In this document: piece by piece, positions 19,234-28,375 of the stretch
How positions within the stretch are numbered: position 1 is the stretch's first letter
Layout of the letters: every line of letters starts with the position of its first letter
Virus record (IMG/VR): IMGVR_UViG_3300024269_000024
Coordinates: 32,001 to 96,000 of that record
Direction: 5' to 3' (one strand)
Source of the DNA: a virus
Lineage: Duplodnaviria > Caudoviricetes
DNA length: 64,000 nt
The notes under the pieces: generated by a model
Database searches by the model: none
Seen by the model: only the letters and a program-made list of their open reading frames with translations
What the model was told of the DNA's origin: nothing
Made by a program: the position numbers and the translations under genes

Positions 19234-19635
19234 ATGCTGACAAAATCTAAAGCAAAAGCAATTGTAGATGCTCTTGTTAAACTTCGTAATTTGGCTACAG
19301 ATGAACAAGCGATAGAAGTTCCTGCGCTGTATCCAGTTTGGTCAGAAGAAATTATGTATGAAGTTGGCGAGAGAGTTGTATATAATGATGTTTTATACAA
19401 GGTGCTGCAATCACACACTTCTCAAGCAGATTGGACTCCAGATGTAGCAGTTAGCCTATTTGCTAAAGTTCTTATTGTGGATGAAAATGTTGTTTCTGAA
19501 TGGGAGCAGCCTGAAAGTACTAATCCTTATATGACTGGCGATAAAGTTTCTTATAATGGTAAGACTTATGTTTCTACTGTTGATAATAACGTATGGTCGC
19601 CCGACACATATGGTTGGCAGGAAGTAACTGAATAA
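19234..19635 (+). CDS. Carbohydrate-binding (CBM5/12-like) protein
   Basis: Two modules: 'YEVGERVVYNDVLYKVLQSHTSQADWTP' and 'YMTGDKVSYNGKTY.S..DNNVWSP..YGW'. Confidence 0.75.
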   Translation: MLTKSKAKAIVDALVKLRNLATDEQAIEVPALYPVWSEEIMYEVGERVVYNDVLYKVLQSHTSQADWTPDVAVSLFAKVLIVDENVVSEWEQPESTNPYMTGDKVSYNGKTYVSTVDNNVWSPDTYGWQEVTE

Positions 19636-19660
19636 AACTTAATACTCACATCGATAGGAG

Positions 19661-20368
19661 GTGAGAAAAGTGTCGCAAAATATATTCAAAATTTATGACG
19701 GACGCACAAATTTCTGGCAATGGGATACTAAACAAAAGTTAATTGTTTTAGATGAACGTGTTACAGAAGTGCGTTTTTCAAATAGAAACATGGAGCACTC
19801 TAAGCGCAGACCTGTTTATACTGACAAAGATGGTGTGCGCATTTGTAATGTACCTGATATTCTACTACAGCTTCCCAAGAATTTGATCGCATATGCGATT
19901 GTTAAAGGCGAAGATGGATGCTGCAGTACACTCAAGGCGGTCAAGTTTGCCGTTTATCAGCAGCCAATTCCTACCGATTATATTTGTGAACAAGATGCGG
20001 TTGTTGATGATATTCTTATGAGGCTTGAAATTCTTGAAAGTCTGCTTAAGGATGTTTCAACTGGCGCACAGCAGCTTACTAAGTTTACTAGCATGGTTGA
20101 TGCGGCCAAGTGGGCTATTGAAGATGGACAGCCTGGAGATATTGTTGTTATAAAGCTGGATATCGGCTGGGTGCCACATGTTGTTGAAGAGGACAAGAGT
20201 CTCACTCCAATTTGCAATTGTGATGGTGAGATGGTTACTATTAAGCTTGATGGTGATGATGCCGATGGAATCCCAAGCGGAGAAATTGAAGTATTCTACG
20301 ATGGAAACTACGTAGAAGACGAAAATTTAATTCAATATTTTGATGGTGGAAGCGCTGCTGGCATTTAA
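19661..20368 (+). CDS. Hypothetical fibre-anchor protein with a C-terminal FDGG motif
   Basis: AGGAGG RBS (the true start may be the GTG at 19670); 'FWQWDT.QKL' N-terminal motif. Confidence 0.55.
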   Translation: MRKVSQNIFKIYDGRTNFWQWDTKQKLIVLDERVTEVRFSNRNMEHSKRRPVYTDKDGVRICNVPDILLQLPKNLIAYAIVKGEDGCCSTLKAVKFAVYQQPIPTDYICEQDAVVDDILMRLEILESLLKDVSTGAQQLTKFTSMVDAAKWAIEDGQPGDIVVIKLDIGWVPHVVEEDKSLTPICNCDGEMVTIKLDGDDADGIPSGEIEVFYDGNYVEDENLIQYFDGGSAAGI

Positions 20369-20418
20369 TATGTCAGTAGCTTTTTCATATATAAAATCTT
20401 AAGAAAGGATGATGTTAA

Positions 20419-21819
20419 ATGGCAACGAAAGTTATTAAGACGGTCTTTCAATTTAGAAGAGCAACGACCGCCGAATGGCTTGCCAACAAGGACGTTATTC
20501 CTGCCCCAGGTGAACCTTGTTACGATTTAACTGCGCATACACTAAGAATTGGTGATGGCGTTCTCACATATGAGAATCTACCAGTTATTGGTGGCGTAGA
20601 CGTAAAGGTAGAAGCCGACGGCAAATCTATTGTCCTAGAAGACGATGTTTTTAAACTTGCGGGTTTTGATGCTGCCGCAACTGGCGCTCAGCCCCGCAAA
20701 AATGACAAAGGCGAATTAGAATGGGTTGTTCCTTCTACTGAAGCGTTTGACGATCTAAAGTCTGAAGTGGAAACTCTACAGGAGACAGTTACCACTATTA
20801 AGGAGATTGTCACACCTTCTGCTGATGGTGCTGCTCCACTGCTTTCTAGACTTGAAACTCTAGAGCACAAAATGGACAAAACTGGCGATGGTACAGTTGA
20901 CGCCAAGATTGATGCAAAGATTAAGGAATTTGCCTCTGACCTAACTGAGAATGATAAGGTTGACACTTTACTTGAGCTTATCAATTATGTTGACACTCAC
21001 GGCAAAGACGTTGCTGGTATGGTTGCTGACATTGCAGCCCTTCAGGATCTAGTTGGCGATACATCTGTTGAAGAGCAGATTGAAGCGGCTGGTCATGTAT
21101 CTAAGGATGAAGCTGCTGTAACTCTACAGCGCATAAAGTACGAGATTTCTCATAAACCAGTTGGCACTCTAGTTGATTACAACGACAAGGAAATCAGAGT
21201 TATGGTTCCTGCTAATACCCAGTGGGTAAAGCAGTCTGTTGGTAGCACTGGCAATGCTAACATGTATTATATGGGCTTTAAAGCCTATGCTCCCGAAGGC
21301 GCTGTAAGCTTCAAAGAAGGCGATAAGGGTGTTGTCGAAGACAAGATGTTCACATTTGACGATGACTTTGCTGGCATTGACGAATATGGCAGAAAGTATA
21401 GTATTGTTTGGCTTGCGCTTGCGTCCTATGATGAGGCGAAAGATGAGTGGACTTACTTCGGCAAGAACTCTTCTGCGAAGAAGTATGTTGGTTGGACTTA
21501 CGTTGTTGAATGGTATGATGCTGATGGTGCGATCATTGAATCTGACTGTATCCGCATTAACCTGAGCAATGAATCTTGTCATAACATTGTTGAACCCTAT
21601 TATGCTACAAACCTGATTAAGGGCGTTAGCGTTGGTGGATCCCTACTAGATATTGTTGATGGTGTTGTTAGTATTCCCGCTTTTGCTGGTCTCAAGAGCT
21701 CTGATGAAATTGTTGTCAATGAAGATGGTACGCTAAGTGTTGGTGTTATCAGCTTTGACAAGATTGCTCAGGGTGAAGGTGAAGTCATCATTATGGATGG
21801 CGGCAATGCAGTGGGTTAA
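20419..21819 (+). CDS. Fibre protein with an Mtd_N/hyaluronidase-N-like N-terminal domain
   Basis: 'QFRRATTAEW....IPAPGEPCYD.....LRIGDG...YENLP'; ends MDGGNAVG. Confidence 0.75.
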   Translation: MATKVIKTVFQFRRATTAEWLANKDVIPAPGEPCYDLTAHTLRIGDGVLTYENLPVIGGVDVKVEADGKSIVLEDDVFKLAGFDAAATGAQPRKNDKGELEWVVPSTEAFDDLKSEVETLQETVTTIKEIVTPSADGAAPLLSRLETLEHKMDKTGDGTVDAKIDAKIKEFASDLTENDKVDTLLELINYVDTHGKDVAGMVADIAALQDLVGDTSVEEQIEAAGHVSKDEAAVTLQRIKYEISHKPVGTLVDYNDKEIRVMVPANTQWVKQSVGSTGNANMYYMGFKAYAPEGAVSFKEGDKGVVEDKMFTFDDDFAGIDEYGRKYSIVWLALASYDEAKDEWTYFGKNSSAKKYVGWTYVVEWYDADGAIIESDCIRINLSNESCHNIVEPYYATNLIKGVSVGGSLLDIVDGVVSIPAFAGLKSSDEIVVNEDGTLSVGVISFDKIAQGEGEVIIMDGGNAVG

Positions 21820-21856
21820 TATTAAAAAATTATTTATTTAAAGGAGAGAATTGATT

Positions 21857-23707
21857 ATGGCTATTGAAAATGCAAAGACTCTAAATGTAAGAATTAAGAA
21901 TAAGTATGACTCCTATGAAAACTGGGCTGAATCTGGTCTCATTCTAGAAGCTGGCGAAATTGCTATTGCGTATACTACTGTTAATGTTGAAGTTGGTAAC
22001 GGTAAGATTGAACAGCATCCCGAACTACTAATGAAGGTCGGTGATGGCTCCAAAACTTTTGCGAACCTTCCTTGGCTAAGCGCGAAGGCTGCTGACGTAG
22101 CTGCTTGGGCCAAGGCCGCAACCAAGCCCACTTATGCTGCCAGCGAAATCACTGGTATTGATGCCAAGATCGCTGACTATGTTACCAATGAGATGGGCAT
22201 TCAGGTTGACACTGATACCCAGTACAAGATGGTTAAGGTAAATGATTATCAGTACAAGCTAATGGCTAAGTCCAAGGCTGATGCTGACTACACTGTTGAA
22301 GTTGGCACCATCGAGATCCCCAATGACACCGCAGCTATTTCTGCTCTTGAAGCTCTAGTTGGTACCGATTCTGTTGCAACTCAGATTGCAGACGCTCTAA
22401 AGGTGTATTCTACCACCGAGCAGATGAACGCTGCAATCGCTACCGCTAAGGGCGAAGCAGTGTCTCATGCTGATGGTCTAAACACCGCCATGAATACCCG
22501 TGTTGCTGCTCTAGAGGCCATTGATCACACTCACACCTTCGTTGAGTCTGAGCTAAACCTCATCAAGGAAGGCGACGTTGAAAAGTGGAACGCTGCTGAG
22601 CAGAATGCCAAGACCTATGCCAAGGACTATGCTGACGGTCTAAATACTGCTATGGACGAGCGTGTTGCTGAACTAGAGGGTATGTTCGGTGATGGCGAAG
22701 GCACTGTTGAAGCTCAGATCGAAGCTGCTGTTGCTGCCGAGGCTGCACTACGTGAGGCTGCTGACAATGGTCTTTCCGGCAGAATCAAGGCTATCGAGGA
22801 TGACCATCTAGTTGGCGCTGACAAGACTGCCCTACAGGAGCAGATCACCGCTAACGCTGATGCTATTGAAGATCTAGAAGAGCTAGTTGGCACTACCGCT
22901 GTTGCTACCCAGATCGAAGAGGCCGTTGCCGCTGAAGCTGAAATCGCTCGTGCTGCCGAGAAGGCCAATGCTGATGCTATTGGTGTTCTAAATGGTGATG
23001 CCGAAACCGCAGGCTCTGTTGACTACAAGATCGCTCAGAAGTTCGCTACTCTAATGGAGAATCCTGACGAAGCAATGAACTCCATTCAGGAGCTAGTTGA
23101 CTGGACCACTGAGCATGCTGGTTCCGCTCTAGAGATGAGCAATCAGGTTACTGCCAATAAGAACGCTATTGCTACCCTAAACGGTGGTGCTGATGTTGCT
23201 GGCTCTGTGGACAAGAAGATTGCTGATGCCATTGCCGCTGAAAATCTATCTCAGTATGCTACTGACACTGAGCTTTCTGGTGTCGATTCCAGACTACAGG
23301 CCGTTGAGACCGCTATTGGCGAGACTGGCTCTGTTGCTACCGCTATTGAAGGCGCTGTGACCGAAGCTAAGGGTTACACTGATGCTGAAGTTAAGAAGCT
23401 TGCTGAGGGCGCTGTTGCTGACAATGCTGCTGCCATTGGCGAGCTAGAGGAGCTAGTTGGTACCACTGCAGTTTCCACTCAGATCGAAAATGCTATTGCC
23501 GCTCTAAAGATCGGCGATTATGCTAAGGCCGCTGACCTAACTGCTGCTATCGAACAGCACGCTAAGGATAAGAAGACTCTTGAGGATGCTATCGCTCTAA
23601 AGGCAAATGACGCTGATCTAGCTGCTATCGCTAAGACTGGCTCTACTGACGATCTAGTTCAGGGTACTCAAGTCCTCGTGTTCGACTGCGGTACCTCTGC
23701 TGTCTAA
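21857..23707 (+). CDS. Mtd_N-like domain plus long Ala-rich coiled-coil fibre
   Basis: ATG at 21857 after AAGGAG; 'KYDSYENW....ILEAGEIAI...MKVGDG.KTF.NLPW'; ends FDCGTSAV. Confidence 0.75.
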   Translation: MAIENAKTLNVRIKNKYDSYENWAESGLILEAGEIAIAYTTVNVEVGNGKIEQHPELLMKVGDGSKTFANLPWLSAKAADVAAWAKAATKPTYAASEITGIDAKIADYVTNEMGIQVDTDTQYKMVKVNDYQYKLMAKSKADADYTVEVGTIEIPNDTAAISALEALVGTDSVATQIADALKVYSTTEQMNAAIATAKGEAVSHADGLNTAMNTRVAALEAIDHTHTFVESELNLIKEGDVEKWNAAEQNAKTYAKDYADGLNTAMDERVAELEGMFGDGEGTVEAQIEAAVAAEAALREAADNGLSGRIKAIEDDHLVGADKTALQEQITANADAIEDLEELVGTTAVATQIEEAVAAEAEIARAAEKANADAIGVLNGDAETAGSVDYKIAQKFATLMENPDEAMNSIQELVDWTTEHAGSALEMSNQVTANKNAIATLNGGADVAGSVDKKIADAIAAENLSQYATDTELSGVDSRLQAVETAIGETGSVATAIEGAVTEAKGYTDAEVKKLAEGAVADNAAAIGELEELVGTTAVSTQIENAIAALKIGDYAKAADLTAAIEQHAKDKKTLEDAIALKANDADLAAIAKTGSTDDLVQGTQVLVFDCGTSAV

Positions 23708-23728
23708 TTTAATATAACTTAATTATTT

Positions 23729-23766
23729 GGGGCCGCCCTGTTGATTACAACGGGGCGGTTCTATTT
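23729..23766 (+). terminator. Intrinsic terminator-like hairpin
   Basis: GGCCGCCCTGTTG-ATTA-CAACGGGGCGGTT followed by an AT-rich tract. Confidence 0.6.
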
Positions 23767-23785
23767 ATGTATGGGGGTGTTGCCC

Positions 23786-24124
23786 ATGTTTCATAAATTA
23801 TTTGAAATGAAGCTTAAAAGAATTGAAAAACGCGGAGAGCGTCAAAAGCGTAAGCATGAGCTTCAAGCTAAGTATGCGGAATATTATCCCAGCAAGCATA
23901 GGAAGGTTTCTAATGTAATGCTTGTTGTGATTGTAATTGCAATTGTTGGATTTGCAATTGCTGATTATATTTTACAGTATTATATGGGAATGGAAATTAG
24001 TTCAACTTTGACGACATGTTGGTTTTCATTCTGGGGCGCTGAAATCGTTGGGCTGACAGGAATAAAAGTGAGTAAAGTTTTAAAAACATATAGGCAAGAA
24101 AATGAAGAAGATAGTGTAGGGTAA
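23786..24124 (+). CDS. Two-TM membrane protein (holin/antiholin-like)
   Basis: Likely start at ATG 23786 (GGGGG RBS); basic N-terminus and two hydrophobic segments; adjacent to a holin-like gene. Confidence 0.55.
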   Translation: MFHKLFEMKLKRIEKRGERQKRKHELQAKYAEYYPSKHRKVSNVMLVVIVIAIVGFAIADYILQYYMGMEISSTLTTCWFSFWGAEIVGLTGIKVSKVLKTYRQENEEDSVG

Positions 24125-24137
24125 AGAGGTGTAGATT

Positions 24138-24473
24138 ATGGAATGGCACGAGGTTGTTGTAAGCATCTTATCTGGTTTGGCAATAGCTATTCCACTTGTT
24201 GTTGAATTAGTAAAGTGGGTTAAGAAAGCCGTAGAGGAAAAAAATTGGCAAGAACTTCTAAAGCTAGTCACCAATCTTATGACTGAAGCTGAATCGAAGT
24301 TTCAAAACGGCGCTGACAGAAAAGAATGGGTGCTCACTTGTGTAAAGGCAAGCGCTGATACTATTAATTATAAGATTGATTTAGAACAAGTTGGTAATCT
24401 TGTGGATTCTTTGTGCGCTATGTCCAAAATTGTGAATGCGCCAAAGGAAGAAGAAACTGAAGTGAAAGAATAA
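24138..24473 (+). CDS. Putative holin (LL-H-like)
   Basis: Single N-terminal TM helix followed by the 'EAE..F..GA.RKEWV' motif of LL-H-type holins. Confidence 0.65.
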   Translation: MEWHEVVVSILSGLAIAIPLVVELVKWVKKAVEEKNWQELLKLVTNLMTEAESKFQNGADRKEWVLTCVKASADTINYKIDLEQVGNLVDSLCAMSKIVNAPKEEETEVKE

Positions 24474-24495
24474 GGTGGGATTAACGCCCACCTTA
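24471..24495 (+). terminator. Hairpin after the holin
   Basis: TAAGGTGGG / CCCACCTTA inverted repeat. Confidence 0.5.
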
Positions 24496-24566
24496 AAATA
24501 TAACTGTGAAATTATATTAAAATATTATTTTAATTTTATATACAAGAATGAAGAAAAGGAGGTGCC

Positions 24567-27356
24567 ATGATGGGAATTTCAATTTTAGAAGCATTACGTC
24601 GATCTGTTCGTTCTTTATATGTTAAGATTCCTACTGAGCTTAGTGTATCTGGTAACAAGCTGTTCTTGTCGCATAATGGCACACTATTAGACGAGGGTAT
24701 TGAATATAATCCTGGCGGCGGTACTGGTGGTGGCAGCGCAGGATATGTCACATTAAAAAATTTATTATATTCATCAAGTATTACAGCTGCGCATGGCAGC
24801 ACCGTAGAGCTAAAATTCTCATATGCAACTACAGAGGAAACAGATGACGGTAGTGCGAGTATTTATTTGGATGATGTTTTACAAATGACAACCTCAATTA
24901 AAAGAGGCGAAAATTCAATTGATATTACAAAATATTTAAGAAGCGGAACTAATAATATCAAGCTAACATGCTCAGATCCCTATGGCAACGAAAGATCTCT
25001 TAAATATACTGTTAGCGTTATATCTCTATCTCTTACAACCAGTTTTAGTGACGCAAAACCGTATACTGGTGATTATTTTGAAATTCCATATATTTTAACA
25101 GGCGATGGAGAAAAAATAATGCATTTTGAGTTTGACGGAGAGGACATTACTGAAACAGTATCTTCGTCTGGCACAAACTCAAAAAAGACAATTTATTTTG
25201 AAACAAGAGGGCATGGAACGTACACATTAAAAATGTACGCGGAAATGGAGCTCTCTGGTCAAACTGTTACAAGCGACGTTTATTATTTTGATATTATGCG
25301 CGTAATGGGTACGACGCCTTTGATTAGTTCAGTTTGTGACATTGTTAGCGCGAAACAGTACGAAACAGTTGGTATTCCATTTGCTGTTTATCATGCGACA
25401 GATGCTGCGCCCGTTGTTGACCTTATTATTAGTAAAGACGGTGTAGTTCATTCTCAAAAAACAATGACTGCGAATCGTGGAGAGCGAGTTATTTGGCATG
25501 CAAGAACAACAATAGTTGGTAATGTTGATTTTACTATTTCATATGATGGCGTAAGCAAAACTCATACTATTGCTATTACAGAAAGCGATATTAATGTGTC
25601 TGTAAGACAAAATGATATGGCATTTGAGTTGAGAGCCGCTGGAAAGTCAAATAATGACACAGATAAAGATGTGTGGGTTAGTAGCATTGGAGATGTATCT
25701 GTAGATTTTGAAAATGTTGGCTGGAATGTTCAGCAAAAAACATTTATTGTAACAGGCGCTGATTCTGGTTCAGAAATAAAGAAAAAATATGCAATTGGCA
25801 CTGGATGGGCTACCGATGACAACGGTGATACTGCACTGAGATTGTCAGGAGATGCGAGAGCTACAATCAACTTTAAGCCATTTGCTGAAGACTGGACTAC
25901 GTCAAAAACAATTGAGATGGAATTTGCAATTCGCGATGTTAATAACCGTGACGCAGTTGCGATTTCTTGTATGAATAATAATGTTGGTTTTAAGATTACT
26001 GCGGACACGGCTTCTTTGATTCGAAATAATGTTCCTATTGTAGAAGCGAAGTATGTAGATGATGAAAAAATTCATTTGGCGTTTGTAGTTGAAAAGCAGG
26101 TTATGAACGATCATACTGTTAGACTGGTTACATCTTATTTGAATGGTGTGCTGTCTAGCGCGGCTACGTTTGCTGAGAGTGATTCTATATTTCAAAATCC
26201 TGCCGTTAATATATCTGTCGGGTCTTCTGACTGTTCTCTTGACTTATACATGATGCGCTTTTATGATGTTGCTCTTACTAGTCATGAGTTGAGAGACAAT
26301 TATATTGCGGATAGCATGGATGCAGATCTATTGGCAGATAATGATGTTTATGTTAATGGTGCAATTGAATATAGTAAGCTAGAAAACAAGATTCCAGTTA
26401 TGAGAATTACTGGCGAACTTCCTTCTAAAAAGGCGGATTCAAATAAGAAAAAGGGCGGCAGAGATTATCCTGTTGATGTAATTTATACAAATAAAAGCCC
26501 AATTCCAAGTATTCAAGAGAATAATGTGTTAATCCATGTACAAGGCACGAGCTCCGAAGGATATATCAGAAAAAACTGGGACCTTGATTTTGAAAATGAA
26601 TACCAACACATGGATGGACAGTTGCCAACCGACTATTTTACTATGAAAGCTGACTATGCAGAGGCTACAGGCACGCACAATACCGGCAATGCAAACTATG
26701 TGCATACTTTTTATACTGCAGATAAGTTTAGTGATGATGCGCCTTTTGTCATTGATCCACGCGCAAGGTCGACGATAGCTGGATTTCCATGTGTAATTTT
26801 CCATCGCAAAACAGAAAGTGAACCATATACCTTTGCTGGAAAATATAATTTTAACTTTTCAAAAGATTCTGAAAATGTATTTGGGTTCACAGCTACTCGT
26901 GAAGATGGCACTCCAATTTACCCAAAAATTCAGTCATGGGAATTTTGTGAAAACAAATATCTTGCATGTAGGTTTAGACAAGACCCAGATGCTTCAGATA
27001 TTACAGAAGATAATTGGAAAGAATGGTTCGATGACAGATATCTTTACGATGGCGGTGACCTAGAAGACTTTAAAATTATGTATCGCTGGGTTTATTCTAC
27101 CTGCCAGGACAATGCAACAGGAGAAAATCTTGCCGATGCTTATGTGGATGTTGACGGTGTAACTCATACTAAAGATACAAAAGAATATAGGTTGGCAAAA
27201 TTTAAGACAGAGTTTAAAGAACACTTTGATTTAGATTTTAGTCTTGTTTATTATTTGTATACTTTTGTAATGTTGATGTGTGACCAGAGAGCAAAAAATA
27301 TGTTCTTGACTTCATGGGATGGAATCATATGGCATCCGTGGCTATATGACAACGAT
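24567..27356 (+). CDS. Exon 1 of a large (about 1978 aa spliced) virion-associated protein: Ig-like and LamG-like domains plus N-part of a CotH-like kinase
   Basis: 930 codons ending ...HPWLYDND; CotH-like motifs VQGTSS..Y.RKNW, MKADYAE..GTHN, GKYNFN, DQRAKN. The ORF track runs on into the intron to 27425. Confidence 0.8.
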
Positions 27357-28375
27357 AAAAATTTTTATGTCGTTGTAAAACCTTTTCTAATATACGGCGA
27401 AAATCATGAGAATGATAACGCCTAGGAAAATCATAAATAAGTTTTCGATATTTATTACTAATGATAAAGAGGTGTAATTAATTTTATGCCAAGAGTTAAT
27501 GTGCTTGAAAAATATATCTATTTAATTGGGCAAAAAATCAATAAATGGACCGTTTTAGAATTAAAGCGTGATAGAAGAAATTGCGACGCTATATGCATGT
27601 GTGAATGTGGGAATATAAAACCCGTCAATGTATACAATCTTATTAACAATAAAACTCAAGATTGTGGATGTGGCAGAAAAGCAATGCTTAGAGAGGCAAG
27701 AACTAAAAATTTAGTTGGACAAAGGTTTGGAAAACTTGTTGCTGTAGAATTGTTGGAAGAGAGCAATAAATTTAATCGCAGGCTGTATAGATGTAAGTGC
27801 GACTGCGGCAATGAAATCATTGTTCCAAGCAGTTGTTTGACCACAAATCATACTTCTTCGTGCGGATGTATTCTATCATATTACAACATGTATATTGACA
27901 TTTTATTGGATAAACTTAATGTTAAGCATAGGCCAGAATATACAATAACTATTGATGGACATAAATTTAGATATGATTTTTATTTATGTGATTATAATTT
28001 AATTATTGAATATGATGGCGAACAACATTATATGCCAGTTAATTTTGGTGACAATGATCCAATTAAAATGGAAGAAAATTTAAAAAGGGTTCAAGAACAT
28101 GATCGTTTAAAAAATAAATATTGTGAAGAAAATAACATAAGCCTTTTAAGAATCCCGTATTGGGAAAAATATAATATCGATAAACTTATTCACGATTGCC
28201 TACAACGACTGAACGAAAAGGATCTTGCTAAAACAGCTTAAGCAAGATATGTAACAGTCTGAACTGCAACTATAATCTAAAAATGAAATTGCAGAGGGAA
28301 GGTCGGCGGTAACCAGACCGTCTTGGAAGAACCTTCCCCGCTTGTAGAAATACAAGTCATAAAAGTAACAGAGTG
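27357..28375 (+). mobile_element. Group I self-splicing intron (1019 nt)
   Basis: The 5' exon ends in U, and ACAACGAU pairs with the IGS GUCGUUGU (27369-76) including a U-G wobble. P3 CCTTTTC (27381) / GAAAAGG (28215); P4 GGCG/CGCC; P5 ATCAT-GAGA-ATGAT; P7 GACTG (28207) / CAGTC (28255); P8 ATCTTGCT/AGCAAGAT; P9 hairpins including CTTGTA-GAAA-TACAAG; terminal G at 28375. Removal restores YDND|TCLG in frame. Confidence 0.9.
27486..28241 (+). CDS. Intron-encoded homing endonuclease (two Cys-rich Zn modules plus a Vsr/DUF559-like nuclease)
   Basis: Two 'G..F.K..V.....C.C.CGN......L....T..CGC' repeats, then 'RYDFYL....IIEYDGEQH'. It lies inside the intron and its 3' end overlaps P7/P3/P8. Confidence 0.8.
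   Translation: MPRVNVLEKYIYLIGQKINKWTVLELKRDRRNCDAICMCECGNIKPVNVYNLINNKTQDCGCGRKAMLREARTKNLVGQRFGKLVAVELLEESNKFNRRLYRCKCDCGNEIIVPSSCLTTNHTSSCGCILSYYNMYIDILLDKLNVKHRPEYTITIDGHKFRYDFYLCDYNLIIEYDGEQHYMPVNFGDNDPIKMEENLKRVQEHDRLKNKYCEENNISLLRIPYWEKYNIDKLIHDCLQRLNEKDLAKTA

Noticed and set aside
27357-27425. C-terminal KNFYVVVKPF... tail of ORF 24567..27425 and the GTG start at 28373
   Set aside because: Both are artefacts of reading into the intron; the GTG includes the intron's terminal G.
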